From Octopus vulgaris (lineage: Eukaryota), in the NCBI GenBank assembly GCA_951406725.2, contig OX597816.1, forward strand, positions 70,308,001 to 70,372,000: a stretch of 64,000 nt of DNA, written 5' to 3'. Below the pieces are notes generated by a model. That model searched no databases. It was not told the DNA's origin and saw only the letters and a list, made by a program, of their open reading frames with translations. Numbering within the stretch: position 1 is the stretch's first letter; each line of letters begins with the position of its first letter. A program made the position numbers and the translations under genes. Shown here in pieces: positions 53,341 to 64,000 of the stretch.

Positions 53341-55685
53341 TGAGCTTGTACTGGACTCAAACTGGTCACAAGTAGTCACCTCTCCAACAAGAGGCGACAA
53401 CACCTTGGACCTGCTCTTCACCACAACTCCTGAAGCGGTTATCAATTGCACTACGGAGGAACCTCTAGGTGACTGATCATGCTATGATCATCGCCAATCT
53501 GGCTCTTGCGGGCAACAACAAAAACCGGAACCATCTCCAATCTGCTTCCTTCGATTGGAAGAGAGCAGATTGGAACCTGTACCACACTGAACTACAGCAC
53601 CCAAACTGGCGTGAATTCTACAACTCTGGAGATGTGAATACTATACTCCAGAGTATCCTGGACTCAATATGGGCAGCATGTGCAGCATCAGTGCCACGTA
53701 AACAGAAAAAGAAGAACCGCCCCAAAAGGGCAATTTGGGAAACTTCAGCGGTCCGACTTGCCAAGAAGGAACGTCGGACTGCTGAACGGGAATACAAGTT
53801 GCATAAATCAGACACCAACAGGAAGAAGCGGAATAAATCTTCCAACCATCTCAAACAAGTGACAAAAAAAGCAGTGCTTGAATTTGAACAGTGCATAGCA
53901 GCCAATCCTGACAGCAAGGTTTTCTGGAAATATGTGCATTCGAAGCAGAGACCTCACTCTCCAGTGGGCCCTATCGCAACCCTCACACAAACCAGATCAC
54001 TGACGACCCCAAGGAATGCGCAGAACTCATTGCCGAGTGCTATGCAAACATATTAACTGTTGAAAGTCAAAATGTACCATCTTCACCATCTCTAACAGCA
54101 AATTCCATAACAACTATGGAATTTACACCTGCAATGCTGCGACGTCACCTTCAAAATAAGCGCAACTATGCCTCCCCTGGTCTCGATGAAGTTACATACC
54201 TGCTTCTCAAACGTGGCAGGTACTTCCTTTTACACCAGCTTTCTATTTTCTTCCAGTACTGTCTCAACAATGGTGCTACTCCGGAGCAGTGGAAAACTGC
54301 CAGTGTCATTCCTCTGTTCAAAAAGGGCGACCGCACATCACCTGTCAACTATCGCCCAGTCAGTCTCACTAGCTGTATTGCAAAACTGATGGAATCGTGT
54401 GTCAGAGAAACACTCTGGAACTTCTGGAGCTCTCACAGTCTCATCCGACCCTCACAATATGGATTTGTCCCTAACTCCAGCTGCAGTGATCAGCTTGTCG
54501 AGTTCCTTGAGGACATTACTCAGATCACTGACAGTGGCTCATGGGTGGATGTTGTCTACCTTGACTTTGCTAAGGCTTTCAACTCTGTGCCACACAAAAG
54601 GCTTATGGTGAAACTCTCTGCAATGGGTGTGAGGGATGACCTTTTTAACTGGTTGAAATCCTTCATTCTCAGCCGAAAGGAGGTAGTCACAGTTCTAGGA
54701 CAGCATTCTACACCATATGAGATGTCATCGGGTGTACCACAGGGATCTGTCCTTGGTCCCCTCTTGTTTGTGGCATACATTAATGACATAGATGCCAATT
54801 TAAAGAATGCCACAGTATTGAAATATGCAGACGACATCAAGCTGTACCTTGAAATCAAGAGGACAGATCCTGATGTCTACAACTCTTTCCTGCAATCAGA
54901 CCTAGACACAATGCAGCAATGGATCACAGACTGGCAACTGAAACTGGCTGTGGACAAGTGTACCACCATGCATTTTGGGAGAAAAAACCCTGCGTCCACA
55001 TACTCCCTCCACAACACTGATATCAAGAAATCCTCTTGCGAGCGTGACCTAGGCATCACTGTCAGCAGTGATTTGCGTTGGACAAAGCATATCTCTAAAA
55101 TTGTCAAGAAGGCCGAGGGTGTCTTGGCATCACTCAGCAAGACTTTTGTTAGCCGCTCTCCAGCCATCTATTTAAAACTGTATACAGCTATGGTACGACC
55201 ACACTTGGAATTCGCATCATCAGTTTGGAACCCCTATCTTGCTCAGAACATTGACCTCCTGGAATCTGTCCAGAGACGTGCAACCAAACGCATACCCTCC
55301 ATCAGACACCTACCATATTCTGAGCGCCTTGTTTCCCTGGACATGGATTCACTGAAGCTCCGGCGTCTGGCGACGGACTTGGTAAACACCCACAAAGTTA
55401 TCAACCACCTCACCAACAACAACACTGAACACCTTTTTGATCTTCATGTGTCTAACACACGTGGACATGCCTACAAAGTCAGAAAATAACACAGCTCCCA
55501 TGACTTTCGGAAACATTTTTTCACGCTCAGAGTTGCTGAAGCATGGAATAAACTGCCTGCGTCAGTTGTTGACTGCCATGACACTGCATCCTTTAAGGCC
55601 CTCATGCTTTCCGAAATCCGCCGAAACTACACCTGATTATATATACACTTTAGATGAGTTATAGTGCACCTGAGCACTGTACACA

Positions 55686-55755
<70 letters not shown>
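53341..55755 (+). mobile_element. 5'-truncated CR1-clade LINE (endonuclease C-terminus, RT, (TTA)n tail)
   Basis: [47 protein letters not shown]; frameshifts near 53465 and 53990; premature TAA at 55487; natural stop about 55636. Confidence 0.95.
54116..55489 (+). CDS. Reverse transcriptase domain of the CR1 LINE (open 457-aa remnant of ORF2)
   Basis: Full set of non-LTR RT motifs in the ORF track; part of a disrupted ORF2, so probably not functional. Confidence 0.85.
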   Translation: MEFTPAMLRRHLQNKRNYASPGLDEVTYLLLKRGRYFLLHQLSIFFQYCLNNGATPEQWKTASVIPLFKKGDRTSPVNYRPVSLTSCIAKLMESCVRETLWNFWSSHSLIRPSQYGFVPNSSCSDQLVEFLEDITQITDSGSWVDVVYLDFAKAFNSVPHKRLMVKLSAMGVRDDLFNWLKSFILSRKEVVTVLGQHSTPYEMSSGVPQGSVLGPLLFVAYINDIDANLKNATVLKYADDIKLYLEIKRTDPDVYNSFLQSDLDTMQQWITDWQLKLAVDKCTTMHFGRKNPASTYSLHNTDIKKSSCERDLGITVSSDLRWTKHISKIVKKAEGVLASLSKTFVSRSPAIYLKLYTAMVRPHLEFASSVWNPYLAQNIDLLESVQRRATKRIPSIRHLPYSERLVSLDMDSLKLRRLATDLVNTHKVINHLTNNNTEHLFDLHVSNTRGHAYKVRK

Positions 55756-55757
<2 letters not shown>

Positions 55758-55821
55758 GATAGATAAATGGATAGATAGATAGATAGATAGCTAGATAGAT
55801 AGATAGATAGATAGATAGATC

Positions 55822-55912
<91 letters not shown>

Positions 55913-56620
55913 GTTCTGACATACTCACTAACACACAAACACACACACATACATGTACAATGCATACATACTTCATACATACGTGTGTACTTACATAATA
56001 TATACATGCAAACACGCTTCTGCACAGTTTCCAATAACGAAAATCCAACTCACCAAGCGTTGATTTCCTTGTGATGGCACTTAATTAGTTATTCGCAATG
56101 GGATCAGAAGTGATATTCTGTGTCCAGTGCTTGCCAGGCAGATGGTAATATTCTGTTAAGTCTCAGTTATTTGTAATAATTCATTTCATTTATCTTTTAT
56201 TTCTTCATAATAGACTATTTGGCGAATTTTAAGAGGGAAACCAGCTCAAAACACTTTACTCCTTAGCACTGCTTAATGACTCCAAGTAGTGGCTTTGATC
56301 AAATCGCAACAGTAGAAATACACGTATATTGGGGGAAACGAAGTATTTTTCTCTAATAAATTATCATTTCAATGATATTTTTGCATATTTATTTGTTACT
56401 TTTAGTTTTTATCATCTGTTGATTTTGTTTGTTTTCTCTTTTTTAGTTTTTTTTTTTTTGCTTTGTTTCTCTTTTTGCTTTGTTTCTCTTTTTGCTTTTC
56501 CTTGTTTGTTGTAATTATTGGAGTGTGTCGACTTTTTTTCCTTTCGTGGTAACAGGCTTGCTTATAACATTTAAATTGGTCTGTTTCTAAGTGTGTGAGG
56601 GGTCTATTTATGTATGTATG

Positions 56621-56681
<61 letters not shown>

Positions 56682-56752
56682 AGAGAGAGCGGGAGAAAGA
56701 GAGATACCATATATATTTATGTTTGCATGTGCACACATATATATATATTTAC

Positions 56753-56815
<63 letters not shown>

Positions 56816-57933
56816 CGTATGCGCGTATTTGTGTGTGTCTGTGTGCAAGCATGGATTACATCTCTTTCCATATATATATATGTGTGTATAACTATATTTA
56901 TATATATGTATGTATGTATATATATGTATAGGTGTGTATGTATGTATGTATTTATGTATGTATGTATGTAAGTCTGACCACATTCTTTCATATATGTGCG
57001 TGTATCTCTACGTATTTATTTGTACAATTCTGTGCATCCGCGGCAGACGATATACTATTTCTATTTTATCTGCAAAGTGAAGACATAGCGCTGAGGAGAC
57101 GGTGAACAGAAACAGGGTTGGTGGCGTGAGACCGCGTTGCTATTTATTTATTATCGTTGTTTCATAGTCGTACAATAAAATTAAATTCCCATTTCCTTTC
57201 AAGTATTATTTATTATTTGCTGAAATCACTGAATTAATCAGCAAATAGAAATGTGCTACATAGCAAATAATTTACTACTGATTTTTCTAATGATTTTCCT
57301 TGCTAGCTTTCACTTTACAAGGAAAATGAAATAACAATATAAAGAACATTTTGTTAAAAGAAAAATAATCAATGAAAATAATTCAAAAACGTCTGACTAA
57401 TTCATAATTTTTTTCCTTTTTTTTTTTGAGTAGAAAATTCTTTTTTTTTCCTGCATTTCTCTTCAAAACAAATTCGAATTTTTTTGTTTGTTTGTTTTCA
57501 GCTGTTCCTCTACATTTATTTTTTTTTCAATTCATTGAAAACATTTCTTTTTTATTTATTTCTTTATTTTTTTTCGAAGAATTGTTAAATCTCAAACTTG
57601 ATTGTTATTATTGTTGCTGTTTAGAGTCAGGTCAACCTTGATTGAGCAAACCTGTGATCAAAAGCATTCCAACCATGGCTATCAATGACTACCCCCTCGT
57701 CTTTGTATTTCAATCATACTGTATAGACGAATACATTGTTGAAGGGGTCCTTCTCTTTGTTTAAGTTGGGAGGACGAAAAGACTGACGGGATCTGGCTGC
57801 TATTTCTTTCATATCAAGTAAGAGGGTAACTGGGTTTTTCTTGTTTTGTTTTTTTCTAATTTTCTTGATTTCCTAACTTTTCTCCTTTACCATGAAAACG
57901 AAGATATATTCTTCGGCTTCTAACAAAACATAT

Positions 57934-58039
57934 AGAAGAAGAAGAAGAAGAAGAAGAAGAAGAAGAAGAAGAAGAAGAAGAAGAAGAAGAAGAAGAAGAA
58001 GAAGAAGAAGAAGAAGAAGAAGAAGAAGAAGAAGAAGAA
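57934..58039. repeat. (GAA)n microsatellite
   Basis: About 35 perfect units; sits at the tail of a minus-strand SINE. Confidence 0.97.
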
Positions 58040-58255
58040 CCGTTTCTGTTATAGGTTCAAAGCCTAAAATTTTGGGGAAAGGAACCAGTAGATACATCGA
58101 CCCCCAGTGTTTCACTGGTACTTAATTCATCGACCCCGAAAGGATGAAAAGCAAAGTCGACATCATTGGAATTTGAACTCTAAACCTGAAGACGCACGAA
58201 ATGCTGCTAGGCATTTCACCCGGCATACTAACGATTCTGCCAGCTCGCTGCCTTC
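58040..58255 (-). mobile_element. SINE family A (A2 tail)
   Basis: Head AGGCAGCGAGCTGGCAGAATCGTTAG on the minus strand plus central domain; another degenerate copy at about 59105-59315. Confidence 0.8.
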
Positions 58256-58258
58256 ATG

Positions 58259-58329
<71 letters not shown>

Positions 58330-59070
58330 TGTACTGCTCTGATGAAGTATCAGACAGTGGCTCTCATGGCTGCTGATCTTAACAGATTGGAAGTGTTATC
58401 ATGTTCATTGTTTAGTCCTGATATAAAAGATGGGCTACACCAAATATTCTGCTCAATACCACAGATTTGCTTATCAGGTGTTTGACCTTAACCAGTTGAC
58501 TATGTTCCTTAGTGGCTGAAGTTATCTTCATCTCTGATTATGAGCAGAAGTTGTAAAGGAGGATCATAGCCATGTGTTGAAAGTAATTCTTTGGGGTTTG
58601 GCTAATTCACCTCTGGAAAGATGGCTGTTTCGTTGAACATCCCTAAACAACCCTTATTCAGGGACCTTTTGAGCGGGAGGGATTACTTGACTAAAGGAAA
58701 ATTCTAACTGGGTCCCACCTGCAAGGTCATGTGCTGTTTATCTTGATATGAGATCACCATGTCGCGCACATAGGGTTGTGATGCATGTGCCTGGTGTACC
58801 CTTATCAGACGGGTAGTCATGATGGGTATACTGGACTTCGTATAATTTACCCCAGTGTCACTTTGATGGCATGCACTGCTCTCTCACTCAATAATAATAA
58901 TGATGATGATGATGATAATAATGACATTGTTTATCTTGATATGAGGTCACCATACATATGGTTGTGATGTATATGTCTGGTGCAACCTTATCAGACGGAC
59001 GGTCATGATAGGCTTCCTATATTCGGATCCCAGTATCAGTTTGATGGCAAGCGCTGCTCTCACTCAATAA
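58330..59070 (+). mobile_element. Non-coding retroposon 3' region ending in (AAT)n, with tandem re-copy of its last ~150 bp (family F)
   Basis: TGTTTATCTTGATATGAG.TCAC..CTTATCAGACGG..CTGCTCTC..ACTCAATAAT occurs at about 58735-58895 and 58928-59071; (AAT)n on the 5' flank. Confidence 0.6.
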
Positions 59071-59410
59071 TCTTTAATATTATTATTGTTGTTGTTGTTG
59101 TTTTTTCTACTATTGGTACAACGCCTGAAATTTTGCGGGGAGTAGGCAGTCGATTACTTCAATTCCAATACTCAACTGGTAATTATTGTATCTCTCCCAG
59201 ATGGATGAAAGGCAAAGTCGACCTCGGCAGAAACTGAGCTTAGAGCGTAAAGATTTGGAAGAAACACTGCAAATCATTTCTTCCGACGCTCTAACGAATC
59301 TGCCAGTTTGCCATATTAACAACAGCAACACCATGAGTAACAATATCAAGGATAATAATCATAACAATAATCTTCTTATATAATAATGACCGTAGTGTTT
59401 TTATGTTCTT

Positions 59411-59835
59411 GTCTCAAGCATTTGTCTTATGAAGAAAGGCTGAAGACGCTCGACCTTTATTCTCTAGAAAAACAACGACACCGTGCTGATCTCATTCTCG
59501 CTCACAACATCATAAACGGAAAGTATAACCTCTCGAAAGAGCTGTTCTTCACTCCTACTCCAGAGCGTCGGCTGCGGGGTCACTCCGAAAAGCTCTATCT
59601 GCGACGATTTCATCTCAATCGAAGGAGAGGGACTTTCTCCGTCCGGGTTGCGGATCCGTGGAATAAGCTGCCGGACGAGATAGTGAAGATGCCGACGACC
59701 GCTCGCTTCAAAGACTCTCTTGACCAGAAATGGCCTGAACTCTTTGCGTGAACACCCTCCCTGTACATAACTCCATGTCCCCCTACATGGCCTTGCTTTT
59801 GCTTTTTGAGCCAAAAAATTAACTTAACTTAACTT
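59411..59835 (+). mobile_element. 5'-truncated CR1-clade LINE 3' end with (TTAAC)n tail
   Basis: LSYEERLKTLDLYSLE..RLRGHSEKL..FSVRVADPWNKLP (stop 59751). Confidence 0.88.
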
Positions 59836-60507
59836 ATATATTTGTATTTATATATAATTGTCTAAAATCACGTAGTAGCAGTGGGTGAGAGACATAAATA
59901 TGGGAATATTTATATAAGAAAATCGACAAATAAATACACCTTTAAGAAATATAAAACTGCAATAGCGAAGTCAAAAAACAGAAATGGCTACCGAACCGAT
60001 TCAACTAAAAAGAGAATTAAAATTATGGTATAAATATACATAGAAACCATCACTCTTCATATACTGAAAAGAAAAATTATAATTAAAATTTAAGCGTAGA
60101 CCAGCACGTGTTGGTAGACAAGAGACAAAAAATAAATGAAGTAAGCACACAGCTAAGTGATGGGAGAGGAGAGACAATAGTAATTCAGTAAAGGAGAAGT
60201 AGTGAGAGTAATAGCCATGACTGACAGAGAGTGAGATATAGCAATAAGAGGAAGTGTTAAAGAGAGCGTCGTGTTCACCATACACACACACATATGCATA
60301 TATATTTATGTATATAAATCACAAGGGCAGAGCTTCACAAAAGTTGGCATCATCCTACCATCCTACCAGTATTCAATCATGGACAACTTTATGTTGCATT
60401 GAGTAGAAGTAGAAACAGTAATAATATTAAAACGTTGGTAATGGAAAATCCAAAACAAGGCGAACTCATTAGTAATCGAGTTTTCGCTAGAAACGTGGTG
60501 TTGGAGC

Positions 60508-60912
60508 TGGCAGAACCGTTAGCACGCCGGGCGAAATGCTTAGCGGTATTTCGTCTGCCACTACGTTCTGGCTTCAAATTCCGCCGAGGTCGACTTTGCC
60601 TTTCATTCTTTCGGGGTCGATTAAATAAGTACCTGTTACGCACTGGGGTCGATGTAATCAACTTCATCCGTTTGTCTGTCCTTGTTTGTCCCCTCTATGT
60701 GTAGCCCCTTGTGGGTAGTAAAGAAATAGGTATTTCGTCTGCCGCTACGTTCTGAGTTCAAATTCCGTCGAGGTCAACTTTGCCTTTCACCTTTCGTGGT
60801 CGATAAATTAAGTACCAGTTACGCACTGGGGGTCGACGTAATCGACTTTATCTCTTTGTCTGTCCTTGTTTGTCCCCTCTATGTTTAGCCCCTTGTGGGC
60901 AATAAAGAAATA
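60508..60912 (+). mobile_element. SINE family A dimer with 19-bp TSD
   Basis: TSD AGAAACGTGGTGTTGGAGC at 60489-60507 and 60913-60931; same internal junction as the other multimers. Confidence 0.92.
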
Positions 60913-61214
60913 AGAAACGTGGTGTTGGAGCAATTGTTAAGATAAAGTTTTATTTTTCGTATCATTTTCATGTCGTTATTTCTGACGGCACGGGTACACT
61001 AGTAACAATACTAATAGACATATTAAATCCAATTGTGCTAGAAGCAATAATAAAATCGCAAAACATCCACACAGACGAAGAATAAAGGAATGATGGTGAC
61101 GTAATTAAATCCACCGACAACATGATATTACGATCATACATATCAGCAGAAAGAGTAAGACTAACGATAACATCAAAGTTTTAATAAGGCTGTGATGTTC
61201 ATCGACCGCATCCG

Positions 61215-61430
61215 CTCATTCATCATCATCAGTAGTAACATCACAATCGTCATTATCATCATCATCATTATGATCCTTATCATCATCGTAACATCATGAT
61301 CTCCATTACATTCATGAATATCATAATCACAATATTCAGTATCTTCATCACAATCACCATCACCAGCATCATCACCATCAGCAGCAGCAGCAGCAGTAGT
61401 AGCAGTATCGCTAAGAGCAGCTGAAGCATG

Positions 61431-61464
<34 letters not shown>

Positions 61465-61795
61465 TCATCATCCCAATCATCATCGTTATCCTTACAATCA
61501 TCAACCCCATCCTCATCCCCATCCTCTTCTACCTCATCTTCACCTCATCCTTCTTATCCCCATCATCCTCATCCCCCCATCCTTATCCTCATCCTACCTA
61601 TCATCATCAGTAACAGCGATGCATCCCCTTTATCACCATCGCCGGCAACAGCAGCAGTGCTTCACCATTGCCATCATCTCCCATCATGTTCAGCAGCATC
61701 ATCAGCATCATTGTCATCATTAACATCACCACCACTTCGCTTCTACTATACCGTATCATTACGTCGTCGTCGTCAACAACAGTAGTAACAACAAT
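61215..61795. repeat. Degenerate (CAT)/(CAG)/(CAC) low-complexity tract
   Basis: Read directly; stops occur in the frames examined. Confidence 0.85.
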
Positions 61796-61918
61796 ATCTT
61801 TCAAAAGATCAACTATAAAAATTAAAATACCGCCATTTAATCCTGATAGTATCATTAGTGGAATTTTTAGATTAATTACATGAATATGTTGCAGGAAGAA
61901 TTGTGTGAACATCTAGAG

Positions 61919-62493
61919 CGGTGGTTCTCGGCCGTGTCGAGGCGGCGAGCTTGCAGAGTCGTTAGCACGCTGGACAAAATACTTAGCAGTATTTCGCCCG
62001 TCGCTACGTTCTGGGGTCAAATTCCCCCGAGGTCGATTTTGGTTTTCATCCTCTCGCGGTCGATAAATTAAGTACCAGTGAAACACTGAAGACGATATAA
62101 TTGACTAGTACCTTCCCCTCAAATTTCAAGCCTTGTGCCTTTAGTAGAAAGGTTCTCGACCGAGTCCATATGGCCTTTGAAGGTCCATATAAGATTTGAG
62201 GTGGGGTCCACACAGCAAATTAGTAAATTGCAAATCCACAATAGTATTTTGATGGCCCCTGAAAAAGTTTGCCTTAGATGTATGTATTGGTATGTATTGC
62301 AAGCAATAGGTAGGGTTTTTTTCTCTAACATTTTACATAGTTCAACCTACACACGTAAATGTGTAAAAGACGAAATAGGAATTTGAAAGAGGCATCTATA
62401 AAACTAGTTTTTAACATTGAATGGATATGGGGGTCCACCCGAATAAAATAGCAATCAAAGGGTCCACAGGTAAACAATGGTTGGGAATCTCTG
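61919..62493. mobile_element. hAT/Charlie-type MITE with perfect 8-bp TSD, carrying a nested SINE
   Basis: ATCTAGAG|CGGTGGTTCTC ... GGTTGGGAATCTCTG|ATCTAGAG; target fits the Charlie NTCTAGAN preference. Confidence 0.88.
61939..62150 (+). mobile_element. SINE family A (A2 tail) inserted in the MITE left TIR, 16-bp TSD
   Basis: TSD GGTTCTCGGCCGTGTC (61923) / GGTTCTCGACCGAGTC (62151). Confidence 0.85.
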
Positions 62494-62696
62494 ATCTAGA
62501 GCATTGATTAAATACCTAATTCTTGTTATTAATGCTGCAGTTATTACTGCAGCTAGACATCTTGTCGATGAAATAAGTACCAGTTGAATACTAGGGGATC
62601 GATGTAATCAACTTACACCGTCCCCCGAAAATTCTGGCTTTGTGCCAAAAATTGAAGCTAAAGGCAGTGTGCTCGCAGAATCTTTAGCACACCTTT

Positions 62697-63065
62697 AAGG
62701 CTGCGAGCTGGCAGAACTGTTAGCAAGCTGGTAGAAATGCTTAGCGGTATTTCGTCTGCCGCTACGTTCTGAGTTCAAATTCCGCCAAGGTCGACTTTGC
62801 CTTTCATCCTTTCAGGGTCGATTAAATAAGTACCAGTTGCGCACTGGGGTCGATGTAATCGATTTAATCCGTTTGTCTGTTCTTGTTTGTCCTCTCTGTG
62901 TTTAGCCCCTTGTGGGTAGTAAAGAAATATGTATTTCGTTCTGAGTTCAAATTCCGCCGAGGTCGACTATGCCTTTCACGGTCGATAAAAGCACTGGGGT
63001 CGATGTAATCAACTACCCCGCTTCCCCAAAATTTCAGGCATTGTGCCTATTGTAGAAGGTGTTAT
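62697..63065 (+). mobile_element. SINE family A chimeric dimer (A1 unit then deleted A2-tailed unit)
   Basis: Junction GGGTAGTAAAGAAATA|TGTATTTCG at about 62929; ends CCCCAAAATTTCAGGCATTGTGCCTATTGTAGAAGG. Further degenerate copies at about 62560-62660 and 63220-63425. Confidence 0.85.
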
Positions 63066-63514
63066 TACTGCTACTGTTATTACTAGAGTTATTACTACTA
63101 GTCTCCTAGTTCATATTATTACTGCTGTTCATCTAGTTGTTATTACTAGTAATGACATTACTTCTGTTACTAATGCTAGACACTTAGTTCTTGTTGTTCT
63201 TATTGTTACTTTTAAGACAGTCACTTGGCATAATCGGTAACACGCCTGGCAAAATGCTTAGCGACAAGTCTTTTGGTTTTATGTTGAGTTCAAATTCAGC
63301 TGAGGTCGGCTTAGCTTTTTCTCCCTTCGGAGTCGATCAATATGCATCTAGTTGAGCACTGGGGTTGATGCATTCGAGTAACCTCCGCCCTCAAAATTTC
63401 AGACATTATTCCTATCGCAGAAAAATTTATTGCTGTTGATGTTGCGGTTGTTGTTGTTGCTGTTGTTGTCTTCTTCATCATCATCTTTTTCTTCTTCCAA
63501 TCAGGACTCACAAA

Positions 63515-63961
63515 GAATAATCTCTAATTCGAGCCTATTCTACGCTACTAAGAATGCGTGTGGCAACTTGAAGATCCACCCACCACACGTGATAGACTGG
63601 CGGCTGCACGGGCGCGAAAGCTACGTTGTTATCCTCATTCCATAAACGGTGACTTTTTTAACGAGTGGAGAGCTGAAACATCCTGGGGTACAGAGGATTC
63701 GCAAACTACACTAGGGTCTGGAAGTTTTACCACACCACAGTGAGTTACACCATGGTTCCCCAGCTTTGTGGAAGAAGTAGGACGAAAGAGAGAAAATTGT
63801 GGTAAAAGAGTACAGCGGGATTCACCACCCACCCCCCGCCGGAGCATCGTGGAACTTAGGTGTTTTAGCTCAATAGACACTCACAATATCCGGACCGGGA
63901 ATCGAACCGCGTTCTTACGACCGCGAGTCCGCTGCCCTAATCATTTGGCCATTGCGCCTCC
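63515..63961 (-). mobile_element. SINE family C head with a third, different 3' body
   Basis: Minus strand GGAGGCGCAATGGCCAAATGATTAGGGCAGCGGACTCGCGG..GGTTCGATTCC; body after about 63770 matches neither other copy; 3' limit uncertain. Confidence 0.75.
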
Positions 63962-64000
63962 ACTACTGTTGTTGTTGTTTAGCTCTTGGACATTTCTGAT

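Noticed and set aside
57873-58125. Poly-Arg / poly-Leu ORFs
   Set aside because: (GAA)n tract joined to a SINE.
61215-61912. His-, Met- or Ile-rich ORFs
   Set aside because: Degenerate (CAT)n low complexity with stops and no domain signature.

Overview
AT-rich, microsatellite-dense animal DNA; the repeat style suggests an octopus or other coleoid cephalopod (inference, not searched). I see no host exon, rRNA, real tRNA or CRISPR array, and most ORF-track entries are translated microsatellites. The window is a mosaic of mobile elements: Tx1-like, CR1-group and R4/Dong-like LINE pieces, several tRNA-derived SINE families, Tc1, mariner and pogo relics, hAT, Merlin-like and piggyBac-like MITEs, and a tandem Helitron-like pair. 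Main signals: (1) several type I hammerhead ribozyme motifs, one with an intact core at 32030-32092, each a short distance upstream of a (TA)n tract, and one of them behind a tRNA-like Pol III head; (2) three Tx1-like LINE copies embedded in (GATA)n in the same phase; (3) two LINE-SINE pairs sharing 3' tails, one Tx1-type and one CR1-type with a compensatory stem change; (4) SINE multimers with a fixed junction inserted under one target-site duplication (TSD). Coordinates were read by eye and may be off by a few nt. Family names rest on recalled motifs, not database searches.
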